Of a stretch of 64,000 nucleotides of DNA, positions 27,417 through 38,800 are shown piece by piece. Source of the stretch: a virus; IMG/VR virus record IMGVR_UViG_3300017667_000009, positions 4,444-68,443 of that record; one strand, 5' to 3'. The notes beneath the pieces are model-generated. The model ran no database searches. It was given only the letters and a program-made list of their open reading frames with translations, and had not been told where the DNA came from. The position numbers and the translations under genes were made by a program. How positions within the stretch are numbered: the stretch's first letter is position 1; every line of letters starts with the position of its first letter.

Positions 27417-28099
27417 CGATAGGGGCTGGCACAGCCCTAGTAGGCGGCATAGGTAAAAAAATTGCGGCAGATAATCTTGCCAATAAGCAAAGAAATGCGC
27501 TCAACAATCTAAAAGAAAGCCAGTTTATTTCACCGGCTTTGCTAGAGGCTTTGGGTAACTCACAAAAACGAAAAGATGCCACTATGTACGCAGGTCAAGA
27601 TATTGACCAGGCCAACATTCAACGTAGCGCGGGCAGCGCATTTGCCAATCTTTCCAGAGGCACTACCTCATCTACTAATTTGGTGAATGGAGCCATGGCA
27701 ATTCAAGGTCAGCAAAACATAGCTAATCAAGGCATTCAAAGAAACTTAGCTCAGTTTAAAGACCGGGCAAACCAAGACTACACCCAATTACTGCTTCAAA
27801 AGGGCAACGTCCAAATGGCAAACCGTAGGCAATACGAAGCCTCAAAATCGGCACTTCAGGGCGCCATTATGCAAAACGAAGCCCAAGGAGATAACGCCTT
27901 ATGGAATGCGTTTAGCCAAATAGGGGGGGCAGCAGCCGCAGCGGGATCGGCAGGTTTATTTAAGGGCAGTAGAGGACTAAGCGATGCAAATGGAATGGGG
28001 AGCGGGTCAGCAATGCCCACAGCAAATCAAGCACTCGGTAGCAACGGATGGAGAAATGGATTTTTTCAAAAAGGAAATTATAATCCATTCGAAGAATGA
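27392..28099 (+). CDS. putative internal virion/ejection (pilot) protein
   Basis: Gly/Ala-rich hydrophobic N-terminus, Q/N/A-rich helical body. Confidence 0.65.
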   Translation: MAFVAAALAIGAGTALVGGIGKKIAADNLANKQRNALNNLKESQFISPALLEALGNSQKRKDATMYAGQDIDQANIQRSAGSAFANLSRGTTSSTNLVNGAMAIQGQQNIANQGIQRNLAQFKDRANQDYTQLLLQKGNVQMANRRQYEASKSALQGAIMQNEAQGDNALWNAFSQIGGAAAAAGSAGLFKGSRGLSDANGMGSGSAMPTANQALGSNGWRNGFFQKGNYNPFEE

Positions 28100-29892
28100 A
28101 CGCAGGAGAAGCAGTCTTTCAAGGTCGCGAAGGCACTGGGTTAGCCCAAATCCTACATTGGCAAGACGCCAAGTCCATTAATGTTCCGTGGCAGCAAATT
28201 GCCATGCAGAAAGCCAATGAAAGAAGGTTGGCTCTTGAGCAACAAAAAATGCGTGATGATTATGTGGACAAGCTTAAAACCATGAAGCACGAGGGGCGAG
28301 ATTACTTTGCTGAAGAGGGAACTGCCGACATTCAAAACTATTTAGCCAATTATTCAACAGCTCTAGGCCAATCTAACGACATTAACTCCGCAGGCAAGGC
28401 CACGGTTGATCAACTCAATGAAATTCAACAAAACCAGGCTAAGCAAAAAGCTTCCGTAGAACTTGAAAAACAAGTTGAGCAATCGATAAAAGCCGACCCT
28501 TTTGCAGACGATGAATTTGCTAGTACAAAAATTAAAGAGTACAACTATCCCATAAGCAAGAAGACAGCAGACCTCAATATGGAGGGGCTTAACAACTTAG
28601 TTGGAAGTCCGCGCGTTTTCGATAAATCTAAATATGTAGAGGCCTTTGTAAAACCGATTAAGGAAATGGCCGCCACACAAAACTACCAGGGCCTAATGAA
28701 TACCCCTCTAGGTCAGTATGTGGTTATGGAAGGTAATAAGGCTCGATTCGGGACTATAAAAGACGGAAAAGCCGTTGCTGAAATTCCCGAAGGACTGATT
28801 GATGTGGCTCTAAATGAAAGGTATTCAGACAGGATTCGCTTTGACCTAGCAAAACAGCAAATTCAACAAGGTTACACCGATAAAAACGGAAACAGAATAC
28901 CTCCAGACCCAACAGTTAATGAAAAACTAGAGGGTGATTATGGTGACATACTTCAGAGGTTTAATGAAATACGCTACGACAAGCAATACGCTCCAATGGT
29001 TCGTGATCAGGTGAGAAAAGACCTTTCCGCATTTAACCAAATCACAGAAAGAGACGCTATTTCAGGCAGTATGAAATACCCCTCCGCAAGAAATGGTTAC
29101 GGAAACCAAAACACCGCCCCGAAAATAAGCGAAGGCACGGTAACACGAATCTCAAAAGATGCCAACACAGTCTTCAAAAACAACGGACTGGTAGCGGTAG
29201 AGGGGCCATCGGTCGATCTTCAGGGGATGCTAAAGGCATCCGATCGAAAACTAACACTGGCAGACAAAACCGGAGACCTGATCGGGTTCGGCCCAGATCC
29301 AAACACCGGGAAGAAATCCATTATCCTTCGTGGTAAGGAGAATAAATTCACTGGTAAGTATGATATCCAATACGCACCGTTTGATGAGGCCAACCGAAAT
29401 GCGATCGTAAAATACAACTCAAGTCTTTCCAAGGTTGCAGATGAGTACTCTAAAATGCCAGAGAAGAACTATCATGTAGACGATGAAAAGATAGACGGGG
29501 TAGTTGAGCAGATTAAGACCGCTGTAAAAGCAGGTAAGGACGATAGCGACACCACAACTAAATTGCAACAAGTGTTGAGCGAAAACGGAATTAAAGTTCC
29601 CGCAGATATGATTGAGGTGGATAAGACCATGTTTGGCAAACTGGGAACCGATGACCTGAAAATCAATGGCGAGAAGTTTCCTATGAATGAGAAGGGACTA
29701 GCAGAGCTGAGGCGCTACATAATTAACAACGACATTAAAGGCGATAATCCTAAAATGCAGTTCGTGAAGGAGAGAGGGGCTCAAAAGGAACAACCAGCAA
29801 ACAATCAAGAAGACTTTGATACCCAGTGGTCAAAACTTAAACCTGGAGAAACCCTAGTGGGTCCAGACGGCAAAACCTACAAGAAAAAATAA
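28096..29892 (+). CDS. putative internal virion/ejection protein
   Basis: 598 aa, second of three coupled genes of increasing size. Confidence 0.6.
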   Translation: MNAGEAVFQGREGTGLAQILHWQDAKSINVPWQQIAMQKANERRLALEQQKMRDDYVDKLKTMKHEGRDYFAEEGTADIQNYLANYSTALGQSNDINSAGKATVDQLNEIQQNQAKQKASVELEKQVEQSIKADPFADDEFASTKIKEYNYPISKKTADLNMEGLNNLVGSPRVFDKSKYVEAFVKPIKEMAATQNYQGLMNTPLGQYVVMEGNKARFGTIKDGKAVAEIPEGLIDVALNERYSDRIRFDLAKQQIQQGYTDKNGNRIPPDPTVNEKLEGDYGDILQRFNEIRYDKQYAPMVRDQVRKDLSAFNQITERDAISGSMKYPSARNGYGNQNTAPKISEGTVTRISKDANTVFKNNGLVAVEGPSVDLQGMLKASDRKLTLADKTGDLIGFGPDPNTGKKSIILRGKENKFTGKYDIQYAPFDEANRNAIVKYNSSLSKVADEYSKMPEKNYHVDDEKIDGVVEQIKTAVKAGKDDSDTTTKLQQVLSENGIKVPADMIEVDKTMFGKLGTDDLKINGEKFPMNEKGLAELRRYIINNDIKGDNPKMQFVKERGAQKEQPANNQEDFDTQWSKLKPGETLVGPDGKTYKKK

Positions 29893-32800
29893 TGGGCAAA
29901 AAACTCAAATGGACTCCACCGGCCGATGCAGTCGCAGTTGAGGATAATCCAGTTAAATGGACGCCTCCTCAAGATGCTGAGCCTGTAATGGCCAATGGCC
30001 TCACCGAAGAACAAGATAAGCAGAAGTCGCTCGCGGAGTTAACCACACCCAAAAAAACAGGCCGCGAAGCCGAGTTAGAAAGTGCCTCCGCCTTTGTAAA
30101 GCCTTTTGTAGACTTTGGTAAAAAGGCATGGTCAGCCCTTACCGACATGCTGCCAAGCGGGGTAGCCGCGGGCGAAGCGGGTATGATGCGCTCTAAAAAC
30201 GCATTCGAAGATAAAATTGTAAACGAAGCCTACCCTTCAACCTCAACACCAGCCGGGCCAGTGGCGCCATTTGTTACGGACGAAATGCGCAAAGCGGCCA
30301 TTGAAAACTACTCTAAAAAAGTAGGCGCAGACTCATTTCAAAAAGAAAAGCAAGGTTTTGAAGGTGCCATTGATACCCGAAAACTAGGCTTGTTAGATTA
30401 CTCCCGTCAGCAAGACAAAGAATCCGCAGAAAACACAAAAGGCGTAATTCAAGACACGAAGGATATCAAAGATATTTCGACCGCTGCATCTTACGTGGCG
30501 GGCGCAATGGGTAATGTCATCGGTCTGGCGCCAGCAATGGTAGTTCCTATATTTCCCTATCTTATGGAAAAGGGAGAAGCGTACAAAGGTGGATTGTCAG
30601 AAATCGAAAAAGCCACTGGTAAATCGGAAGAGCAAATCCTGAAAGAAGACCTCGACAAAACAGCCAGAGACAATTCAGATATAAGCGGTGCTGTTAATAC
30701 CGCCCTGGAAGGACTGGGTACTCTTTCTGTATTCGGAAAGTTCATACCAAAATCTCTCTCTGTAAAACTCATTACCAAAATATTTAAAAGCCGGTTTGGT
30801 GGAATTACAGCTGGGGCAATTGGTGAAGGTGGAACGGAAGCAATACAGGCGCTAAATACCAAACTAGCCGCTAAGATGTCAACCGGTAAGTACAATGATA
30901 TTTTTGAGGCCGCTAATGATTTGACCGATCAGGAAATTGAAGAGATAAAGCAAGAAGGATTTGCAGGTGCCGTAGGTGGAGGAGGAATGTCTGCAACATC
31001 GCAGTTAATTAGTAAAAACGAAAATGAACCGAGTATTGAACCAACAACTCAGGAAGCGCCTAGTAACCCTGTTCAACGCCCTGAAGAAGCGGCCCAACCA
31101 ACAGTTGTTCAACCAGTACAACCAAGTGCTCAAGAAGTTGCAAAACCAGTAGAAAATATTAATTTAGCACCCGATGGAAAAGAAAATAAAGTTGACCCCG
31201 AAGCACGAGGAGCACAACAAGAAATCACTGGAATCAGTCAAGAAGATGCCGAAAATGTCACCCGAGGAGTTCAAGAAGCAAGCCCAACGACTGAAGGCGC
31301 ACAGAGAAGCGAACGGCAACTAAAAAAAGATCAAGATCAGGAGCTTGAGGCCTACGCCAAGAAAACCGGAACTTTCATTGAAGATCCTAAAGAAGCGTTT
31401 GGTGAAAAACTTGCCGGTGGTGCCGAGCAAGATGTTTACCTAAGCAAAAATGGCGATAAAGTCATAAAGGTAAACGGCCTCACAAATCACGGTGGATGGG
31501 CAGACTTTTGGGATAGGCTTACACTTCAAAAAGAACTTTTCCCCAGCACTGCATATAATTTAATTGGCTTTACAAAATCAGGTGGTAGGCTGTCTGCTAT
31601 CTCAGAGCAAAACCGAATAATTGGTACCGAAGTACCCCGTCAGGAATTAATTCAAAACCTTGCCGAAAAAGGATTTTATCAAATCCACCCAGAAGGCTCA
31701 CCCGGTCAGAATCAATTCTACAATCCGGAGTCAGGTGTAAGGCTTAGCGATGTTCATAGCGAAAACGTACTGAAAGACGCTGACGGAAACATTCAGTACA
31801 TCGATCCTATGCTCGACCGCGAAAATCCTTTCGTGGATGAAGAAAGCCAAAAGTATTTCAACGAGCAGAAGGCTAAATACGCAGAAGAAATAAAACCGCA
31901 AAGCCCCTCCGCGATAGAAGGGAAAAAACCAATCTCTACAACCGATGGCAAAGTCAACCAAGGGGGGCAAGGGCGGCAAGAAGGGCTGCTAACTCCACAA
32001 GAAAAGGGAGAGGTTAAAAAAACCTCTCCTGTTTCTAATTTAGTCACCGAAGGTATTGACGACCTAAAGGAAATTGCAAAGGCAGAAAAAGCTACCCCAC
32101 TCACCGATGAGCAGGAGAAGCAAGCTATTGAAATTGCCAAAAAGTACAATAACGAAGTAAAAAATCCTTCCAAGACTGGTAAGGAAGTGGTCATAGCTAA
32201 TTCTTTCGAAGAAAGTATAAATATTGGCAAATACGGAGACAAAAACGCCATCCGTCCGGGTATGGCTAAATCCTACAAGATCAGCAAAAGCGGAACGCCA
32301 ATAGACAAAATTGCTCAAAAGGCTAGTCATTCCTTTGATGGCTCCGAAACATCTATTTCCCCTGATGATGTATGGCAATTTATGGTGGACCACAACAGTG
32401 GACCTAATACAATCTACACTCCCGCAGGAAACCCAGTACTAAAAGACCTATCAGATCAATTCACCAAAATAGCCGGCAAGGGGATTAATCGAAAAACACT
32501 TAAAGCTTTCTTGTCTAATATGGCCGAGAAGTACGGTTCTATTGACAGCGTTGGGCGTTTTGTGGATAAATATTACGTGGATGGCGTATTGGATGTTGAA
32601 AAAGTAAAAAAAGACATTGATAATGATCCTGATTTCCAAGAAAATAACCAACTTAGCGATTACGAATTTCAACTTTTAACAGAAGATATTTATGGACAAC
32701 AAGAGCAAGGCGGAGAATTACAGCCAATTCCTGGTAACCTCGATCAACAGGGCGGCAGACAAGAGAGCAAGACTGGCACAGAAGGAGGAGCGATTCAGGC

Positions 32801-35800
32801 AGAGTTTGGGGATCAGACTACAAGTGCCGAAGAGCGAGTCGCAGAAATAACTTCTCAGCCACTCACGCACGTTCCCGGCCTAAATATGGGCAAGGGGCTT
32901 GTCTCGGGCACATACCTAAGCACCGAAAAAGATAACAGGTACGAAGGCACTCCGCAGAAGGCAACCGTCAAAATAAAGAAGCCATTTGTATTTAAGGATG
33001 AGAATGCAATCATTCCGCTACGAAACAAAATCCTTCAAGAGAACAAAGATAAATTTACGGCAGACGATCTCGAGAATCCGTTTGGCGAACTCGAATCGAT
33101 AGATGACCTTAATGATGCCGGTATAGATAAGCTGGCCGAAATGGTACGTGAGCGTTTACGTACCGAAGGTTTTGATAGCGTTTACCTCCCCTCTACCGAA
33201 ACTCAGGAAGGTGAACTAATCGTGTTCGATCGTGAAAACGTAGACATTGAAGCCGGCTTGCAGAAAGTAGAAGAAGGCTCCCAAGAATTACTTGGCCCAT
33301 ACCAGTTAGAAGCCCTGCAACGGATAAATAAAGCTCAGGGAGACTTACTGGCAGCCGAAAAAGCGTACAAAGCAAAAAAAGATACCCTCGCAAAGTCAAT
33401 TACCGAAGATCAAATTGATATATTCGGTAACCGTAATGGCGATGAGGGGAAATTGTTCCAACAGAGCGCAGCAGACCGTGATCAAGTCAAAAAACAACTA
33501 GACGAGCTTCAGCGCAGAGTAGACAAAGCAAGGCAAGAACTAGAGTCCGCCAAAAGCAGTTTAAAGAAAGCAATCGAGGCCGATAAAAATAGCTTATTCA
33601 AAGATGAAAAAACCAAAAAAACAACCGAAGGAGTACCCTACCTCTCAAACCCTTCCGCCAACTACGGCACAGGTAATTCCTCCGTACAACGGAAAGATTC
33701 ACCCAGTAACGGTATCGGTTCTTCAATAAAGGCCGTTTGGAATAAGTTCAAAAACATTCAGTTTACCGGCACTACTCGGGTAACATCCGCAGCAGACGTA
33801 GCCGACATAATGAGGCTACTCGAAGATAAATCGGTAGAGCACTCATTTGCCGTTCACGTAGACCAAGACGGCAATAGCCACATTCAGTTTCTTTCCCTTG
33901 GCGTAACCGCGGGAACGGTAGTAGATGCTAAATTAGTTTTAGCAGGAGTAACCAAATTCAATTCAAAGAAGGTGTACCTGGTGCATAATCATCCTTCTGG
34001 AAATCTTGACCCTAGCCAGTCAGATATTGTCCTTACCAACAAGATAAAAAGCGGACTTCAAGACATTGGCGTAGATTCCGAGCACCTTATCATGGATACC
34101 TACAAAAAAGAGTACACTATCATAAACGGAAAAAACTCAAAACAGTATAAGCGGAAAGATCGTCAGGATGGAGTGCCATTGGAAACTCATATAATGGATG
34201 AGCAAACTATCTTAAAAGTCCCCCAAACACAAATTAAAGACTCAAGAGATATAGCCACGTTTGTCCAGCAGCTTCAGTACACCGCCATGCCAAAGAATGC
34301 GGTAATACTACTTAATATAAAAAATCAAATAGTTGGCAACTACGTGTTTCAAGATGGCATTGACCTAAAACAATTAACTCAATGGATAGGCGAATCCGCC
34401 ACCGTTATGTCAGTTGTTTTTTACGGTAATCAAAATAACACTCTTCAGGTAAATCAAGCCACGAGCACATTAAAAAACCTAGATGTTAATGTGTTGGATT
34501 ATATCGTAACCGGAAGCAACAGCCAAAGCATACAAGGGTATTATAAATCCATGAGTGACGGAACGCTCCGTGAAGATCAGGAAAAATACGGCACCAACAA
34601 TGTAAACAACCCAGACCGCAAGGCATCTATTAAAAACGCCTTACTCAAAATTGCCAAGGGATTAATTCAGTCTAAGCAAGCAACTCCAGATAACGTAATC
34701 GAAAAATTACGCGAATACCTTAAAGGAAAAAGATTTGGCGTGACTGCTAAAGAAATAGATCAGTCTATAAAATCATTTAATAGATACGATAAGGAAAAAC
34801 TCACCGAATTTGCAGAGTTCGTAAAAAAGGAAGAGGGAGATCAAGTCACTGATAAAAAAAGCGTTCAAAAAGTAATGCAAGATGTGTTTGGGCTATCCGA
34901 AGAAGAATCCCAGTCCACCGCTGAGGTTTACGATGCCGTTCTTTCCGCTATTGCCAATAGACAAGGCACAACGCTCGAAGAGCAATATCAAAAGATTAAA
35001 TTCAGTAAAGCCGATAAGGAGTTAGCTGATGCATTAGCGCAAAACCCAGCCGTTAAATACCAGATTTCACTCTTCCACTCAAGCCCATATCTGTTTGATA
35101 AATTTCGCTTGAGTGAAGTTGGCAAAGGTGTTGGTCAACAAAAACTAGGATACGGACTGTATTTCTTAGATCAGGAAGGGCCAACAAGAGGTTATGCAAC
35201 CTATCCATTTGTTTCAAAAATACTCCCTCAATTTTTCAAAAAATACAAAGCCGGAAAGATAGATGTTGCCGAACGATTAGCCTATGACTTTGGAGGTGAT
35301 CTTGCGATATATAAAAATCAGCTGGCAAAAGAGGGTAAAAAACTTTTTGGGGCGAGTCAGGCAACGAACGAGTTATCACAACTGGAATCACTTGAGCAAG
35401 AAATAAATAAAAGAGGTTTAGGCACCTTCACATACAAAGCCAGCGCCCACCAAGGCAAGTCTCCCGATCAATATGACTACTTGGATGGGAATACCCCGTT
35501 AACTGCAAAGCAAGTCGAAAAACTTGCCAACTCCGGTATTTCAGTAGAAGGCATGACTGGCCAGCAGGCGTATGATGCAATCGCGAAGGAAAGAGGAGGC
35601 CAGAAACAAGCGTCTGAGTTCTTATTAGAAAATGGAATTGATGGCATAACCTATTCCGATGAGGCTATGTTTGTAGACAAATCTCGCGCTAAAGGAAGCA
35701 AGGTTTATGTGGTGTTCGATGATAATGCGGTTTCCATAGAGGAGACAATAAAGTTTCAGCGTGACGCAGAGAGGGTCAAAGGAGCCATGCGCGACATGAT

Positions 35801-38800
35801 GAACGGACAGGCAATTATTTACGCGCTAACCAATCCAGATGTCTCCACACCGGTTCATGAACTCGCGCACATATACGAGAATTATTTAAGCTCAGCAGAA
35901 CGTAAGGATATTTTAGAATGGTCAGGTCAAAAAGAATGGAACGTTGAGACAAGCGAAAACTTTGCCCGTGGTTTCGAGCAGTATTTGAAAGATGGACAGG
36001 CGCCTAATTCCAAATTACAACAGGCATTCGAAAACTTCAAAAAGTGGCTAAATGATATCTACCAAAATATCAATCCGTCTAAGATAGAATTAAACGCAAA
36101 GATGAAGGGAATCTATGCGCAAATGACGGATGTAAAAGCGTCTGAAAATAAAAGTCAGAAGCAAAAACCAGCACCCAAATCCGCAGAAAGTAATCAATCC
36201 ATAGAATCCTCTAAAAAAGAACGGACTATTGCCAAGCGGTACCTGTCAGATGAATCCGTATCTGATGAAGTTAAACAAGGTCTTTCCCAAGAGGGCCGTT
36301 ACTACATTCCCACTACTGATTTAACTCGCCAGGCCGAAGCCGATGCATACATTGAAGAAAAAGGCATTGATCAGTCCATTGCAGATATTACAGATCCTAA
36401 CAACGGATTGTCTGATCAAAATAGAATATTTATTGGTAAGACTATTTACGCTCAGCTCAAGCAGGAGGTAAAAACATCCGAAACACCCAACGCGGTAAGG
36501 GATAAAATTAACCGGTTAGTAGAGGAAATCGCCAAACTAGGCACTAGGGCTGGCCAAACAGTGCAGGCCTTTGCCAATATGTTTGCCTCCGATGCCGAAC
36601 AAGTAGCTTACTCTCTCACAAAAGAGTACAACAAAAGCCGTAATGAGGCCCTAGACATCAACAAGGCCAATGTAGATGATCTCATTTCTTTAATCCTAGA
36701 TAAAGCCCCAAAAGAGGCGCTGCAGTCACTATTGAGCGATCCCCGAATTAAAGCAATCCTAGACGAGTCAAAAAAATCAGAAAACCTCCGTCAGTCCAAG
36801 CGTAAACAGTTCACTCAAAAAGTACTTAATAAACTTGACGAAATTGAAAAGCAGATTGATGATAGCATTAAAAGTGGCCGGGTTAATTTAGACTTTTCTA
36901 TGGGCCTACTGCCGCTGACTTACAAGGCAGCGATTAATACTATTCGGTTAGCGGTGAAAGCCGGAGATAGCCTAGCTGATGCCGTTGAGAAGGCAATAAA
37001 CGAGGTAAAGCAAAACAATAAAGATTGGGATGAGTCCGACTTCCGCAAGCAATTTGCATCTGATATTAAAGAGGAGCGCAAGGCCGATCGCAAAACCCTG
37101 TTAGAATACCTTCAGGGAGAGAGTTTTAAAGACCTGGCCATTGGGCATTACAAAACCCTAAATTCTAAAAAGCAAGAACTTCAGGAGGCGTTAGAGAAAG
37201 ATTTAGAGCCCAGTGAAGCCAAGCGATTAATGGACACGCTCGAAAAAATAGTAGGCGAAAAGCGCCAGAAGCTAATTGAGCAAAAATTTGGATCTAAACT
37301 ATCACTTCCAAAAAAGAAGAGATTGGTTAAGCAAATGGCCGACAAGATCAAAGAATTTACAGATTTAGGCGTTCTTTCCGATAAGAAATTAAGAGATGCT
37401 TATCTGGAATCCATCGAGCTCCCCGCTATCAGCGATGAGCAAAGTAAAAAACTTGAAGAGTTAGTGGAAAGAGCCGAAGCAAAGCCAATGGGCTGGCAGC
37501 GTTTCGAAGCCGTGCAGGACATTATCAGGTACCATCAACAAGTTACCCCTTTAAGTTGGGGCTCAGTGGTTGAAAGCATCTGGTATGCCAATATGCTTTC
37601 CAGTCTTTCTACCCACAAGGTAAACTTCGAGGCCAACGCAGTTCGCACCATGGCAGAAACATTTGTTTCCTCCGTGCAGTCTGTAATTGAGTATAAGAAT
37701 CCAAAGGTGGCATTCAAAAACATCTCTTTCCAACTCAAAGGTTTGGTAGAGGGGTATAATAGAAATTTGAAGGAGGCGGCTAACATTTTAAAGAATGGCT
37801 ACTACCCTGTAAAGTCAAACAAGTTCGAAGGCTTTGCGGGGGTAAAGACGTCACAGGCATCTGTTTTGGAGGTGCTTAATAAAAAAAATCCTCTCAGCTG
37901 GTGGAGGTACGTTGGCAGGTTACTAACCGCTACTGATATTCTCTTTTATGGAGGGTTGAAACACATGCGGGCGCACCAGCTTGCTTTCCGAGAAGCGTAT
38001 AGCAAAAATCAAAATACGTTCGATAAAACCACGTTAGCGAAAGCAAACGAGTTAATAGGCAGGACCTCCATTCAATTAAATGCAGCCCAAACCCGTGCAG
38101 AGTCCGAAGGATTAACTGGCAAGCAGAAGAACAGAAGGATATATGAGATCATGGAACAGTCATGGTCCGAACTTAACCGTGAAGACGCGACTAGCTTTGC
38201 GGTCAAAGGAACGTATAACCATGAGCCAGAAGGCGTAATGGGGTTATTGTCGAGCAGTATTAGCACCCTCACCACCTCAGTCCCTATCGTTAAAACAGTA
38301 GTCCCTTTTACACGGGTAATTTCTAACGTAGTTAATGATTACCTGGACTACACCCCTTGGGGACTTGTGCGCGCAGCAAAAGGAGGTATGGGAATACCAA
38401 CCAAGCCAAGCTATTCTAAGTTTACCGCAGAGGAGTTACTGAGGGAGAAGATCAAAGCCATATCGGGCTCAATGGCAATGGTTACTCTGTACGCCATGAG
38501 CCAAAGTGAAGATGATGACGAGCCCTTGCTCGAGATCACCGCAGACGGCACCGGTAGTTTTAAAAACAATTTTGAGCTGGCTAGAACTGGCTGGAAAGAG
38601 TACACCGCTAAGATAAAAGGCACTGATATTCGTTTCGATTATCGCAATACTCAATTAGCCATTCCTTTTGCTGTTATTGGTTACATCAACGATTCCAGGA
38701 AGTACAAGAAAGATGAGATGAACGATACCCAAATCGGACTTATCGTTTCAGGAACATTCCACTTTATTTCAGATCTATCTTTCCTTTCCGGAATGTCAGA

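Noticed and set aside
31837-31893. Additional +1-frame mini-ORF MKKAKSISTSRRLNTQKK
   Set aside because: Only 18 aa, overlaps a structured helix of the host frame and lacks an AT-rich leader; likely chance.
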